Origin: Podarcis muralis
Taxonomy: Eukaryota
Assembly (NCBI RefSeq): GCF_964188315.1
Contig: NC_135667.1
Span: forward strand, 16,306,001-16,370,000
DNA length: 64,000 bases
Direction of reading: 5' to 3'
Part shown: positions 52,752 to 63,673 of the stretch, in pieces
Position numbering within the stretch: position 1 is the first letter of the stretch
Layout of the letters: the number at the start of each line of letters is the position of its first letter
Position numbers and translations under genes: made by a program
The notes under the pieces: generated by a model
Told to the model about the DNA's origin: nothing
The model's input: the letters and a program-made list of their open reading frames with translations, nothing else
Database searches by the model: none

Positions 52752-55700
52752 TGCATAATTATACACCTGCCTGCTCTTTCCTCACTTTCATTTCCCTGTT
52801 AGGGCCAGTTTATCGGACTAGCTTTTTAAGGGTTTGTTTTCCAACCTGTTTCACTTCTCCCTTCATCCTTCCTCCAGTCAAACCTGGAACTTGCCCTCCC
52901 ACCCCCTGCCACCACGGATCACCGGTCCGGAGAGCGAGCTCACCTTGGGCTCAAGTCGCCGACTTCTTCTTTTCCCAGCCCATTACAATGGGCTGAATTA
53001 TAATTTTAACTGGGCAGCGAGTGCCGTTTTAGAAGAGGTGTTCCCTTCAGTGGTGGAAATACAACTTCTCTGATCTTGCCTGTCGTGATGTGTGTGCATC
53101 CTCTCGAAACAAAGGAAAGATGCCCTTTCCCCTTTGGAACTGTTTTTATTATTATTATTATTCAGCTGCGTGTATATGCAGGGAGAGTTGCTTTTTAAAA
53201 ATGTGTGCAATTAAGCAACACATTTCTTTAAACCAGGTGACTGCTTAAAAGTGGGCCCACAGTGGAAAAAATATCAGGGTGAAAGAGAGTTAAAAGTGAA
53301 TTAAATCATATGAACAACAGAGCTAAAGAGGAATCAGTGGCTAACTGTATGTCTTGAGTCTTTCGTTACCCCATCCCACTAGAGCAGGGGTGACTAACCC
53401 CAGGCGCTCTAGCTTGCTGTTGGACTACATCTCCCACCTCTCCTGACCATTGGCCATGTTGAGTGGTGCTGATGGGAACTGGATCTCCAGCAGCATCTTG
53501 GGGGGGGGGGCACAGATTTCCCATCCCTGTTTTATATGGACAGAGACTGTGCTTTTAAACAACTGCCAAGCAGGCAAAAATCAACAGGTGAAGGGCCCTG
53601 GCTTGGTGGTAGAACACCTTCTTTGCTAGCAGAAGGTCCCAGGTATAATCCCCTGGTATCTCCAGGTGGGGCTGGGAGGGACGCCTGCTTGAATCCTGGC
53701 AACCTACTGTAGGCAGGACTAAGCCAGATGGGCTCAGTTAAAGGCAGATTCCTATGTTTGTTTCATGCTGGGGGAAGCTTTATTTCTGCCTTATATACAG
53801 CCATTAGTCACAGAACATTTATCCATTAAAAATATGGCAATTCTTCTAGCTCCATGCAGCCTTAAGCTGTGGTCCATGGGACCACTTCAGGCCTGCCTAG
53901 TTACTGTCTCTGACTTTCCTGTCCCTCTGTACTTCTCTGCTGCTTTCAGACCTGATAACTACTTTCAGGGTCTGAAATCAGGCCTCTCAGGCTGCTTTTT
54001 GGCTTCTTTGTTCTCCCATGTGTGTTGAATCAAAGGTGAACTGTTCCAGAGGCTCTGCAGACACCATCTTGGTAGTCAAGATAATCCTGCAAATAATTGG
54101 TAGTTGTTGTAGCAGCAGCAGCAGCAGCAGTGAGCTCATATACGTATATATTCATTTGCTTTGATACAGGCTAATTGGCTTCATTATCTGTGGGCTTGGG
54201 GTTCTGGGCTCTGAGCCCAGAAAGGGGAACCAGCTGTGAGATTTTGGTATTTGCCATGATGGAGCCACGATGGGAAGTCATGGCCAGAGTGACAAATGCT
54301 GCTTTGTGTATAAAGGTTGTATAAACCTTTGCTTGGGTGTGGACAAGCCACCTCCTTCCTGCCGTGTCTGCATCTGTAAAGGCTGGGAGACCTGGCTAGC
54401 TGATTTGCTAAAGTCTACACCTTTCTTTTAATAAAGCACTCTGGGATCTTTTACCATCCTTCTTTGGTATTCCTCAGGGTGGATTTGATTTAAATCAAAT
54501 CGATTTAAACCACACTTTAAATCACTAGTCAGTAAGATTTGATTTAAATCACTAGTTAGTAAGACTTGATTTAAATCATAATTTACAGAAAGACTCATTC
54601 TTGCTGGTATGATCTTAATATTTACAACAAGATGAAGGTTTCATTTTTGGAATAATAAATTTTCAGAGTAGTTTTTACAGTTATATCAAAAATTACTGAT
54701 TTGGTTATACTATTAGAAATACGTTGACAGATAATTATGAAATTATTGTGAGGTTTAATAAGTTAACTGTTTATATTTGGACAACTTTTCTGCTGTACTT
54801 TATTGGAAGGAGAAAATCATTTCCTTAATAACAATTTAAACAATTTTTTAAACTAAACAATAACATTATAGCATAAGTATCCATGTTTGTTAACTGATGT
54901 GGTTAAACGGGTTTTTTTTTAAACACCTTAGACTGAGTTTTAGCACGCATGAAAAACTTAAAACAAATCCTTATTTCCTGATGAATAGCCTTTGGGCTAT
55001 AATGTAACTTAAATAGAAAACTATCTTTAGAAGGATTTTTCCTCCAAAAGCAATTTATTTTAAAAATCCAATTTAAATAAATTTAAATTTAAAAAATCCA
55101 ATTTAAATAAAAAACAACCATGATTTTCAATTATTTTTATCCACCTTGGTATTCCTGCACCCAACCACTCCCACAAGCCCTCCTTTGGGCTGGTACAGCA
55201 GGATACAATGAAAAGGAGAAAGGTGAAAATAGCGGGGAGGGGAAATACAGGGTTGGTGATTCCCCTTCCTCCCAGTGCTCCTCTCATCCCAGAGGTTTCT
55301 TGTGCTTCCTGCGCAGGAGGCGATTCAGTTGGACGGGGAGATCTTCTTTGCCCTGCTGCGCCGAGCGTCTCCCATTGCCTACCGCCACCTGAAAAGGTAC
55401 AAGGTCGACCCCATCTTGTACATGACGGAGTGGTTCATGTGCATCTTCTCCCGGACCTTGCCCTGGTGCTCTGTGCTACGCGTCTGGGACATGTTCTTCT
55501 GTGAAGGTGAGGCTTCTTCCTTGGTCCTCACTCGCTTTCTCACTGCCAGGCCTTGGGTGTCTTGATTACATAGTGTCTGCATCCCCCCCCCCCCCTTAAG
55601 CCGACCCAATCAGGAGGGAAAGATACAAGAACAACGGCACTTTCTGCTATAAATTGGATCCTCTCCTTTGGCTTTTCTTTTGAACTGCCTTTCCATCACT

Positions 55701-57896
55701 GAATCAGAAGGGTGACTCCTGAGCCCTTGCTTACCTGGTTATTACAAACTCCACTTGTGTAGTCTCCTTTTTTAAAAAGCTTATCCCCATCTCGCAGAGG
55801 ATGATGGGATTCCTGGCCTCATACGACAGGCATCCCCAAATGCGACCTTCCAAATGTTTTGGGACTGCAACTCCCATCATCCCTAGCTAACAGAACCAGT
55901 GGTCAGGGATGATGGGAATTATAGTCCCAAAACATCTGGAGGGCTGAGTTTGGGGGTGCCTGTCATACAATGTGTCAAGCTCCTTCCTTCCCCCACACCC
56001 CCAACCACTGAGTGATCCTTCTCTCCCACTTGCAGGGGTGAAGATAATCTTCCGTGTGGGTCTAGTGCTGCTCCGGAACACGCTGGGCTCAGTAGACAAG
56101 CTGCGCTCCTGCCAAGGCATGTACGAGACGATGGAGAAACTAAGGAACCTGCCTGTTGATACCATGCAAGAGAACTTCCTTGTCCAGGAGGTGAGAAACA
56201 GGTCGTAAGGGCAGAGTTCTAAGCGGAGAACAAGGAGTCTTGGATTCTGCACCAAGGATGAGTTACTGCATGATATCCGTCAGGCAGAAAGCTAGTTGGG
56301 AAAGTAGTCAGGATGCACAGGGCAGGGGAAGGCAGAAGGCAGATTGGGGTCAATTGTTTGATTTCTAGATGATCTGCAAATCTGCCCTCCTCTGGTGTAG
56401 AGAATGCAAATTATCAAAGGGATATCAGCTTTAAAGAAGGGACGATCCACAGTGTCCATATTTATTCAAATAAACATGAACTGAAGATACAAATGCACTC
56501 AAAATCCTAAAGTAAGATAATTGAGGAAGGGAGCTTAAATGAGCTCATAAAAGTAGACTGTCTCCAGATTTGGTGGAAAGTGCTTTAAGAAATCTGCTAA
56601 TCACATGCTTCCAGTGACAAATTACATGGAGTTCAGGTTTTGGGGAGGGTGGGTAGGCTGCTTCTCCCTCAACTTTTAAAATGGTTTTGATTTTATTTTT
56701 TTCATACAACCAAAATCTGCCTGGGCAGGCTGTGAGTTGGGAGTGGAGGAAGGGCAAACGGGGAGGTTCTGCCTAACCCTTCCCCTTCATGTTTGTCAGT
56801 ATCTAATCGCCCTCCACCAGGCCCTTTTTTGCCTGCACATGGGTAAAGTCCCGGATCCTGGTATTCCCCCAAATGCAGATTATAAGGTGGCATGGCGGAA
56901 GTTGATTGGACCATAGCGGAAAAGGTTAAGCAGCCTTTCTCTGCTTTCCCAGGCTGATTTGAAAGCGAGAGAGAGAGAAACCACAGAGGGAAGAAACCAG
57001 GAACTCCACATGGCAAGTGGTTTCCATTGCAGCTGTGACGTAGCCTTGCCCAGGCCCTGCCTTTGTTTTGTGTGGGCCGGGAGATGTTACACATACGAGG
57101 GGGCTGCTGAGACAGGGGTGGATGCTGAGTGTGGCGGATATTGGTGAAAGATGCCACGTGGCTATTCCTCTTGCGCTTGCTTTTGTCCCAGGTGATTAAC
57201 CTCCCGGTGACGGAAGCTCTTGTGGAGCGGGAGAACGCCACACAGCTGAAGAAATGGCGGGAGACGCGGGGAGAGCTGCAGTACAAGCCCTCCCGCCGGT
57301 TGCATGGCTCGCGGGCCATCCATGAGGAAAGCCACCGCATGAACCCGCCCTTGAGCGCCAGCGCCAGCCTTTTGAGCCTCACCGGCCTGAGGCAGAGGGT
57401 TGCCATTGGCAGTACCAGCGGCCCCTCCTTCTCCCCAGCGCACACGGTGGGCTCCTTGGCCGTGTCGGCTGTCCCCACTCCGGCTCCTCCCGCCGCCCAG
57501 AGCCAGGTGGTGGTGTCCGAAGGCCTCCACGCGGCCTTGCCGTCCCCGACCGGGAACAACATGCCGCTCGGGGGCCCCCCCAGGAAAGCGGGGGGCAGCA
57601 GCAAGGAGGAGAGGCGGAAAGAGAAGGAGCGCGAGAGGCAGGAGAAGCTGGAGAAGGAGCGGCAGAAGCAGGAGAAGGAGCGGGAGCGGAAGCTGCAGAA
57701 GGAGCGGGAGAAGCAGGAGAAGGAGCGGGAGAAGAAGCAGCAGAGGGAGCGAGCCAAAGAGGAGGCCAAGCTAAAGAAGGAGAGGAAGTTGTCGCTGAGG
57801 AAAAAGGAACCCAAGTCAGCCCCTCCGCCGCCCGCTGAGGAGGGGAAGGAGGGGGGATCCTCAGGGGCGTCCGTGGTACAAAGCACACACTTTTGA
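43050..57896 (+). CDS. TBC1D10B: TBC1 domain family member 10B (Rab GAP), ~805 aa
   Basis: Exons 43050-43921, 49754-49853, 49972-50079, 50225-50331, 50917-51031, 52382-52447, 55317-55506, 56036-56190 and 57192-57896 (2418 nt, all GT-AG). Contains [18 protein letters not shown] (R finger) and YCQAQ (Q finger), with a long low-complexity N-terminus and a K/E/R coiled-coil tail. Adjacent and divergent to MYL11, as in mammals. Confidence 0.95.
45410..45560 (-). mobile_element. MIR/L2-type SINE remnant
   Basis: caacaaccgtgtgaggtagg...gactggccccaggtcacc...ggggttttgaaccctgatcttccagg...cttaaccactacac is the reverse of the 10643-type head and core. Confidence 0.6.
47778..48138 (+). mobile_element. 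Sauria-type SINE with ~13-bp TSD
   Basis: Nearly identical to the 4410 copy. Flanks are ctatgaaatgcag and ctacgaaatgcag. Confidence 0.9.
51973..52160 (+). mobile_element. tRNA-derived SINE (Squam3-like)
   Basis: gggctgtagctcagcagctgagcacctgctttgcatgcagaaggtcgcaggttgaatcc head with the same body as 11345. Confidence 0.75.
52711..52746. repeat. (CAG)12 trinucleotide repeat in TBC1D10B intron 6
   Basis: Read directly from the sequence; lies between exons 52447 and 55317. Confidence 0.95.
53592..53760 (+). mobile_element. tRNA-derived SINE (Squam3-like), degenerate
   Basis: gcttggtggtagaacaccttctttgctagcagaaggtcccaggtataatcccctgg... is similar to the other copies. Confidence 0.6.
54475..55148. 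mobile_element. AT-rich non-autonomous hAT element with perfect 8-bp TSD
   Basis: TIRs cagggtggat / atccaccttg. TSD gtattcct at 54467-54474 and 55149-55156. Multiple subterminal gatttaaatc repeats. Confidence 0.88.
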
Positions 57897-60825
57897 GTAG
57901 GGCTGGGGGGCCACACGGGCCCCGACGACTCCCTCCCGTCAGCCAAGGACCAAGGTGGTGGCTGCCACCCAGAGACTTGTTGTGGTAGGGGGACCCAGAG
58001 GGCAGGAGGAGCTGTGCCAAGGCGAGGGATAGCTGCCATGCACTGAACCACACAACTTCGGGCCGCGGTTGGGTAGTGGAATACTTAACGGAGGTCCATG
58101 TTTTTACCTCCCTTTGCGTGCCTGAGGTGGATGTGGCTCCCTTCCCCCTCCCCTTCCCCTCTCGTTAATGAATAGGGCCAAAACAAGATGGCGGCTGTGC
58201 TCTGCGTGGCTACGGAAAATGGCCGCCCACTGCTGTTTTTGTCGCAGCCGACAGGAGCAGCTGCATCACTCTGCTCCCCTACCAAAAGGTTGGGAATCTT
58301 AACCTAGGAGGTAACCGTATTATTAATAATAACTCCTGACATCCCAATTTCAAGTACTGTATATAGAATCCTCTCTCCTTAAAGCTATCTAACCACTCCA
58401 GGCTTACAAACACCACCTCCAGAGAGGCTGGTTTCGAGAACAAGGTATTGTCTTCCCGCCAATATATTAACAAATGTTTCTTCCATTGTGGGTTGGCCCT
58501 CATAACATTGCTATATATATATATTTCCCTCGGCTCCACCCCAGACCTGACTTTCTCCCATATAAGAAATCCCTCCTTCCTTTGGCTACCTGGCCCCCAT
58601 GCATGGTTACCCACAGGCTACGATAGTTGCCTTATTTGCTGGCGGTGTCTCTGTTCTTTGAAAGCTGCACGGCAGCCTGAAATTTAATCATGGTGGCTTT
58701 AGCCAACATGGAGCTGCAGCAAAGAGGAAAGCTGAACCTGTTGGATTGCTCCCTCGCATACCGTGAATTGAGACAGGAAGCCTTTCTGTGAATGCGAGTC
58801 TGAGTGTGTGTATGTGTACGTGTACTGGGGGTGGGGAGCTGGCTACCCTGCTACCCAGAAACTCAGCCATTTGGCTGCTCCTATGCAAAGATTTCTTAGC
58901 AGTGGTCAGGAAAAAAAAAAGTTGGTGCCTATATGTGTCTGTTGAGATTTCTTGAGCAGAAAGGAGAAAAGAGATTGGAGATTCCCCCTTTGGTGATATG
59001 CACTTGAGAAAGGTTTTTGGTCTTCAGCAATTTCTTGTCCTTCAGTATTTATCTTCTGGCACAAACATTCCTGTTTGCTGCCTCCAGACAGTGAGGGAGG
59101 CAGCCAGGTTTCTAGGGAGCTTCTGCCAACAAGGTGTGTGTGTGGGGGGGACTGTGTTGTACACTGTTCCTCTCCAAGCACCGGTACCCATATCAGTCCT
59201 TTTACAACATATTTGGAAATATTTGCCCTTGTTTTAGTAGCATACACCCAGCACCAGTCATTTGCTGGATACAAAGGACGCGTCTCCACAATACATTTAA
59301 GCCAGTGGACCATTAGTTTTGATTTCTCCGGGCTCTCTTGAAGAGCCCTTTCCCAAGTTCCCAGGTGTTTGGTATGAAAACTCCCATGATCCCCTGCCCA
59401 GCATGGCAGTCAGAGGCGGTACAGTACCCTAACATTTATTGAGAGACCAGCAGCAGGAAGAAGGCTGGCTTAGGGTCAGGTAAAAGAATTGTCATTTGGG
59501 GAACAGGCTGAGAATGCTTTCATATTTTGAACCCCCACAGTCCCTTCATAAAATTTGAGGCACGGCGGTTTAAAACAGGTTTTAAAATGCTTTTAGTTTG
59601 TTAATATAGTACATGCCCCCAAGTTGCATGCTTTATTCCTCTGTCCCTCAGCGGAAAGCAAATTGGTTCCTTTAAAATACTGTAACACGAATGATTTTTC
59701 TCGATGTGTTTTCGTTATGCAACCACAAACCCTTTTAACGTTCCTACACACTGGCATTAGCTAGCTAGGCCTTCCTTTGATAGCAGTGCAGAATGCAGCC
59801 GGTCAGATCCTTGGCTTTTATTCCATGCAGCTTAGCGAGACCTGGGATGCTGATATCTACAGTACCTTAGCAGAGCCTGGGCGGGTCAGAATTTTAGAAA
59901 TGTTGTGGGAAGAAGGGTCTCTGCAACAGGGAGAGAGAACTCTTGCTGCCTTGGAGGTCAGGCTGGGTTAGAAGTGGACTGAATCGATTTGGGCAACTTT
60001 GGACTTGTGCATCTTCATAACTCTCCCTGTTGCCCCTTCTGCTTTCACCTTCTGCAGCATCGCTCTCCGCCTTAGGTCACATTTTTCTGCAGTTGTGAAT
60101 AGCTCGAAAATCATGAAGCTGTTTCAGAATCTCGCTTCCCAGAACACGCCTGCCCTAAATGGCAGCTTCTAGACTCCACAATCCCATCTATGAGCCAGCG
60201 AAAAAGCTCCATTAGTCCATCCTCATTTCTGTATATAACTTTTCTCTATAACACATATATTATATATATGTTTCAGTATTGTAATTATGTATACAGAACC
60301 TTGAGGTTATTATTTTTTTGACCTTGTGCTCTTATTTAATGGGACAGACACTGGAAAAATTAGGAATTCATTTTCTCCCCTTGCCTTTTAATTTTTTTAT
60401 TAGTTTTTTTTTTTACCACTACTGCTAATCAGGAAGAGAAGAAAATTGGAAGTTTACAGCTGACATCTCTTTAATGTCCTCCTTGTTAATAATGTCTTTT
60501 TGTTCGTGCCTCGTTCTTACTGGATTTCCCCCCATTGCTTTGTTTAAAAATGTTAACAAAACAAAATGACAGTCCAGTTTGTCAAGCGTCTTCATTGATT
60601 TTTGATGGTTTGGGCTGTCTTCGGTGGGATTAGAGTATCTGCATCCTTGGAGTAGGGGAAAGTTTTCTTTGCTGAAGGGTACACAGTGTGCGGGTGCTAC
60701 CTGTGAATCTGATTTAATTCCTGCCTAAACACAGAGCTTCACATTTATCTCTGCTGAAATTTCATTCTGTGAGTTTTGGCCCAAGTCTCCTTCCAATCAA
60801 GATAATCTCTGTCTTCTAAACAAAA

Positions 60826-60972
60826 AAAATTCCTTGCAGTAGCACCTTAAAGACCAACTAAGTTAGTTCTTGGTATGAGCTTTCGTGTGCATGCACACTT
60901 CTTCAGATACCACGAAAGCTCATACCAAGAACTAACTTAGTTGGTCTTTAAGGTGCTACTGGAAGGAATTTT
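60826..60972. repeat. Long near-perfect inverted repeat (~62-bp arms, 23-nt spacer), Penelope-like element remnant
   Basis: Arm 60830-60887 is the reverse complement of 60911-60968 with one mismatch, and flanking aaaa/tttt extend the stem by 4 bp. The arm sequence matches the repeat around 4366-4855. Confidence 0.85.
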
Positions 60973-62085
60973 GTTTTGTTTTGACTATGGCAGACCAACA
61001 CGGCTACCTATCTGTAACTGGTTCTAAGGCATTGGTTATCTCTCGCAGTTTGGTGTCATCTACAGATTTAATGAGTACCTCCCCCCACCCCAGCCTTCAT
61101 CAAATCATTTATTGTTGAACAACACTGGGCCCAAACACAACTGTATAGCACCCAGCTTGTCACTTTGGCTCCATCTGAACTATACGTTTAAAGCAGTGTC
61201 ATACAGCTTTTAAAAACCGTGTCTTCCTCACAAAGAATTCTGGAACATGTAGTCTGTTAAGGATGCTGAGAATTTTTAAGAGGTCCCTATTCCCCTCACA
61301 GAGCTACCATTCCCACAGCGGTTTAATGACCAACCCCTTTTCCCAGGGGACTCTGGGAATTGTAGCTCTGTGAGGGGAATAGGGGTCTTCTAACAACTCT
61401 CAATACGCTGAACAAACTACAGGATCCTTTGAGGAGAAGAGAGGACTCTTTGAAGTGAGATCACCATGGTACTTAAAAGATAAGTGCAGATAGGACATTT
61501 TCTCTTTAAGGTTGACCAGGAGCCACTGATGAGCACTCCTTGGCTGCAATCCCTCACTAGCTACAACTCTTACATCATGGTAGCTCCATCTAGCCCACAT
61601 TTTACTAGTTTGCCAACATGAATTATGTAGGGGGACCTTGATCAGGGAAGAGGAATCTTCAGATGTTGTTGGATTCCAGCTCTCATCAGCTCCACTTTGC
61701 ACTGTCCACAGTAAGGGATGATGGGAAGATTTATTCCAGCATCAGCTGCCGGGTCAAATATTCTCTGTCCCAAAACTCTGTGACTTTTGACGTCCCTCTC
61801 AATTCTGCCATGATTGGGGAAGGCTGTTGGTAGTTTTAAGATCAATATGTTTGCCACATTGCAACCAAGAAACTTATGGATGACATACTTGGGGCAGTCC
61901 GGCATAATAGGTGGGACTGAGACAGAGCTTGGACAATGGTTACTTTAGTGGACTTCATGGTGGAATGGAGAATTGAATACTGTCTCCCTTTGTTGGGAAC
62001 AAAGATCCTTTTAGGTTTTAAAGTTGTGCTGGAGGAATGATTTTATGATGAGTCTTGTAGGCAACTACCTGGAAATCATTGATAA

Positions 62086-62087
<2 letters not shown>

Positions 62088-62122
<35 letters not shown>
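62088..62122. repeat. (TG)n microsatellite
   Basis: Read directly from the sequence. Confidence 0.95.
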
Positions 62123-62126
<4 letters not shown>

Positions 62127-62426
62127 GGTGGGTTGGGGAAGATGACGCCATTGGAAGGACCATAGTTTAGAGGTAGAGGCACACTTTGTGTTCAGAAGAG
62201 CCCGTCTCTCCCAGTTAACAGGATCTCTTTACAGTTAATCTGAGGGAAACTTCTGCTTGCGGCCTCTGCTGAGCTACCACTCTCCAGGCAACCCTGGCTT
62301 TGATAGCAGTCAACTTTTAGGCCAGACATGGTGGATACCTGCTGCTTCATTTTTATTGTTACTTTACCATATCGCGATAGTGCTGTTGTGGCACTGCATC
62401 CTTAATGCTAAAGCAAGGGTCCTGAC

Positions 62427-62581
62427 CATAGCTGTCAACCTTCCCTTTTTTTGCAGGAAATTCCCTTATTCCAGCGCCGTTTCCTGGATTGTTAAGATAT
62501 CCCGGATTGTTAGATATCCCATAGACCTTTCCCGGGACAGGTGAGGCTGCTGATCCCTTATTTTCAAATTTGACAGCTATG
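62427..62581. mobile_element. 155-bp hAT MITE with perfect TIR and TSD
   Basis: TIR catagctgtcaa / ttgacagctatg (12 of 12 match). TSD gtcctgac at 62419-62426 and 62582-62589. Confidence 0.9.
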
Positions 62582-62878
62582 GTCCTGACCCACCAGTCAA
62601 AGACCAGAGAGAAGGCCAGTGCTGTTTTCATCACACCACTGAATGCATGGACTAGACCAAATAATGGCAAAGAAGCCAAGCTTTCACTTTGGGGAATGGT
62701 TTTGATTCCACATTCAGGAGGTTGGCGCAGCTGAAGACTCCACCCACAACAAGCGCTCACCAAAATAGACCGTTACTGAGCTCAACCTCCTTTCTCACTA
62801 TATCAGGTATGGCAGCTGCTACTATGATAAACAAAACAATTCTCAAGGCTGGTAGGTTTCTTTGTTTAAAAAAACACA

Positions 62879-62884
62879 TTTATT
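62879..62884 (-). terminator. Likely polyadenylation signal of the PHETA-like gene
   Basis: AATAAA on the minus strand ~170 nt after the stop codon. Confidence 0.55.
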
Positions 62885-63052
62885 AAAATCTCTTGTAGCA
62901 TGTAAAAATCAATGTCAATGTGCTGACATATGTTTCGAAGGCATTAATCAGATACTGGCTCTGCATGACTTTCTTGCCTGAAACCTCATAGATTCTAGAC
63001 TTCCCAAAGCTCACTAGGCACGGTCCAAACGTTTGGTATGGCCTGAATTGCC

Positions 63053-63673
63053 CTACTCAAAATCAATCAAGGACTCATTCCCTGACTGCTGCTTGACTTG
63101 CTTCTCCTGCCACTTCCGCCTCAGCCTCAAAATATCTTCTCCAAATTGCTGGTGGAGCTGGACAAAACCCATGGTTAAGGGACCAGCTTCCACCGCCGGT
63201 TTTGTAGTGGGGAGTTTCAAGTCTCTTGCCAAGTGTCTCGGTTGTCCTTCACATTTGGGAGGTTGCTGGTGCTTCAGCATCTGAAACTGTCCCTCCAGCT
63301 CCGTCACCAAAGCTCGGAGGTAACAGAAGCCTGCCGTACTGAGAGCTCGCACCCAACCCTCCATGGTTTCTTGGCTCTCGGCCGCCATTTTGTAGGATCG
63401 GGCCCCAGGTACGCCATTGGGGTAGGAAATCTCAAAGGTGTGGGGTTCAGATGCAGACTCCTGCAGCTCCACGGTGCAGCCTTCCAGGATGATGAGCCGG
63501 AGAGGACCCCGATCTCCCGATTGGTCTCGGCAGAAGAGGATATTGCCCCAGAGCTCGCACCAGCATGGCCGGTAGGAGGCTGTGCGGATGCTCTTCTTGT
63601 ACAGCAATCCCTGCCGGTCTGGGAGATGCCTCAGGTGGGAAGATGCGAGAGCACTGGAGAGGTGGAGTTTCAT
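63053..63673 (-). CDS. Sesquipedalian/PHETA (IPIP27/FAM109)-family PH-domain adaptor, 206 aa, single coding exon; paralog identity uncertain
   Basis: Acceptor ttttacag at 63687/63686 and Kozak gtccgccATG. The PH domain contains GLLYKK, IILEGCTVEL and AAESQETMEGWVRALS, followed by the helix YLRALVTELEGQF and a C-terminal F&H motif FVQLHQQFGEDI. This matches the recalled Ses1/Ses2 architecture. Confidence 0.88.
   Translation of the reverse strand: MKLHLSSALASSHLRHLPDRQGLLYKKSIRTASYRPCWCELWGNILFCRDQSGDRGPLRLIILEGCTVELQESASEPHTFEISYPNGVPGARSYKMAAESQETMEGWVRALSTAGFCYLRALVTELEGQFQMLKHQQPPKCEGQPRHLARDLKLPTTKPAVEAGPLTMGFVQLHQQFGEDILRLRRKWQEKQVKQQSGNESLIDFE

Noticed and set aside
54480-54590. Regularly repeated gatttaaatc palindromes that superficially resemble a CRISPR-like array
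   Set aside because: The genome is eukaryotic, the spacers are irregular, and the repeats are subterminal motifs inside a TSD-flanked hAT element.
56702-58051. 449-aa minus-strand ORF, the longest in the track, plus overlapping 224-aa and 122-aa ORFs
   Set aside because: These are antisense shadows of the GC-rich, K/E/R-repetitive last exon of TBC1D10B. The S/F/L/R composition is simply the reverse complement of the coiled-coil codons.
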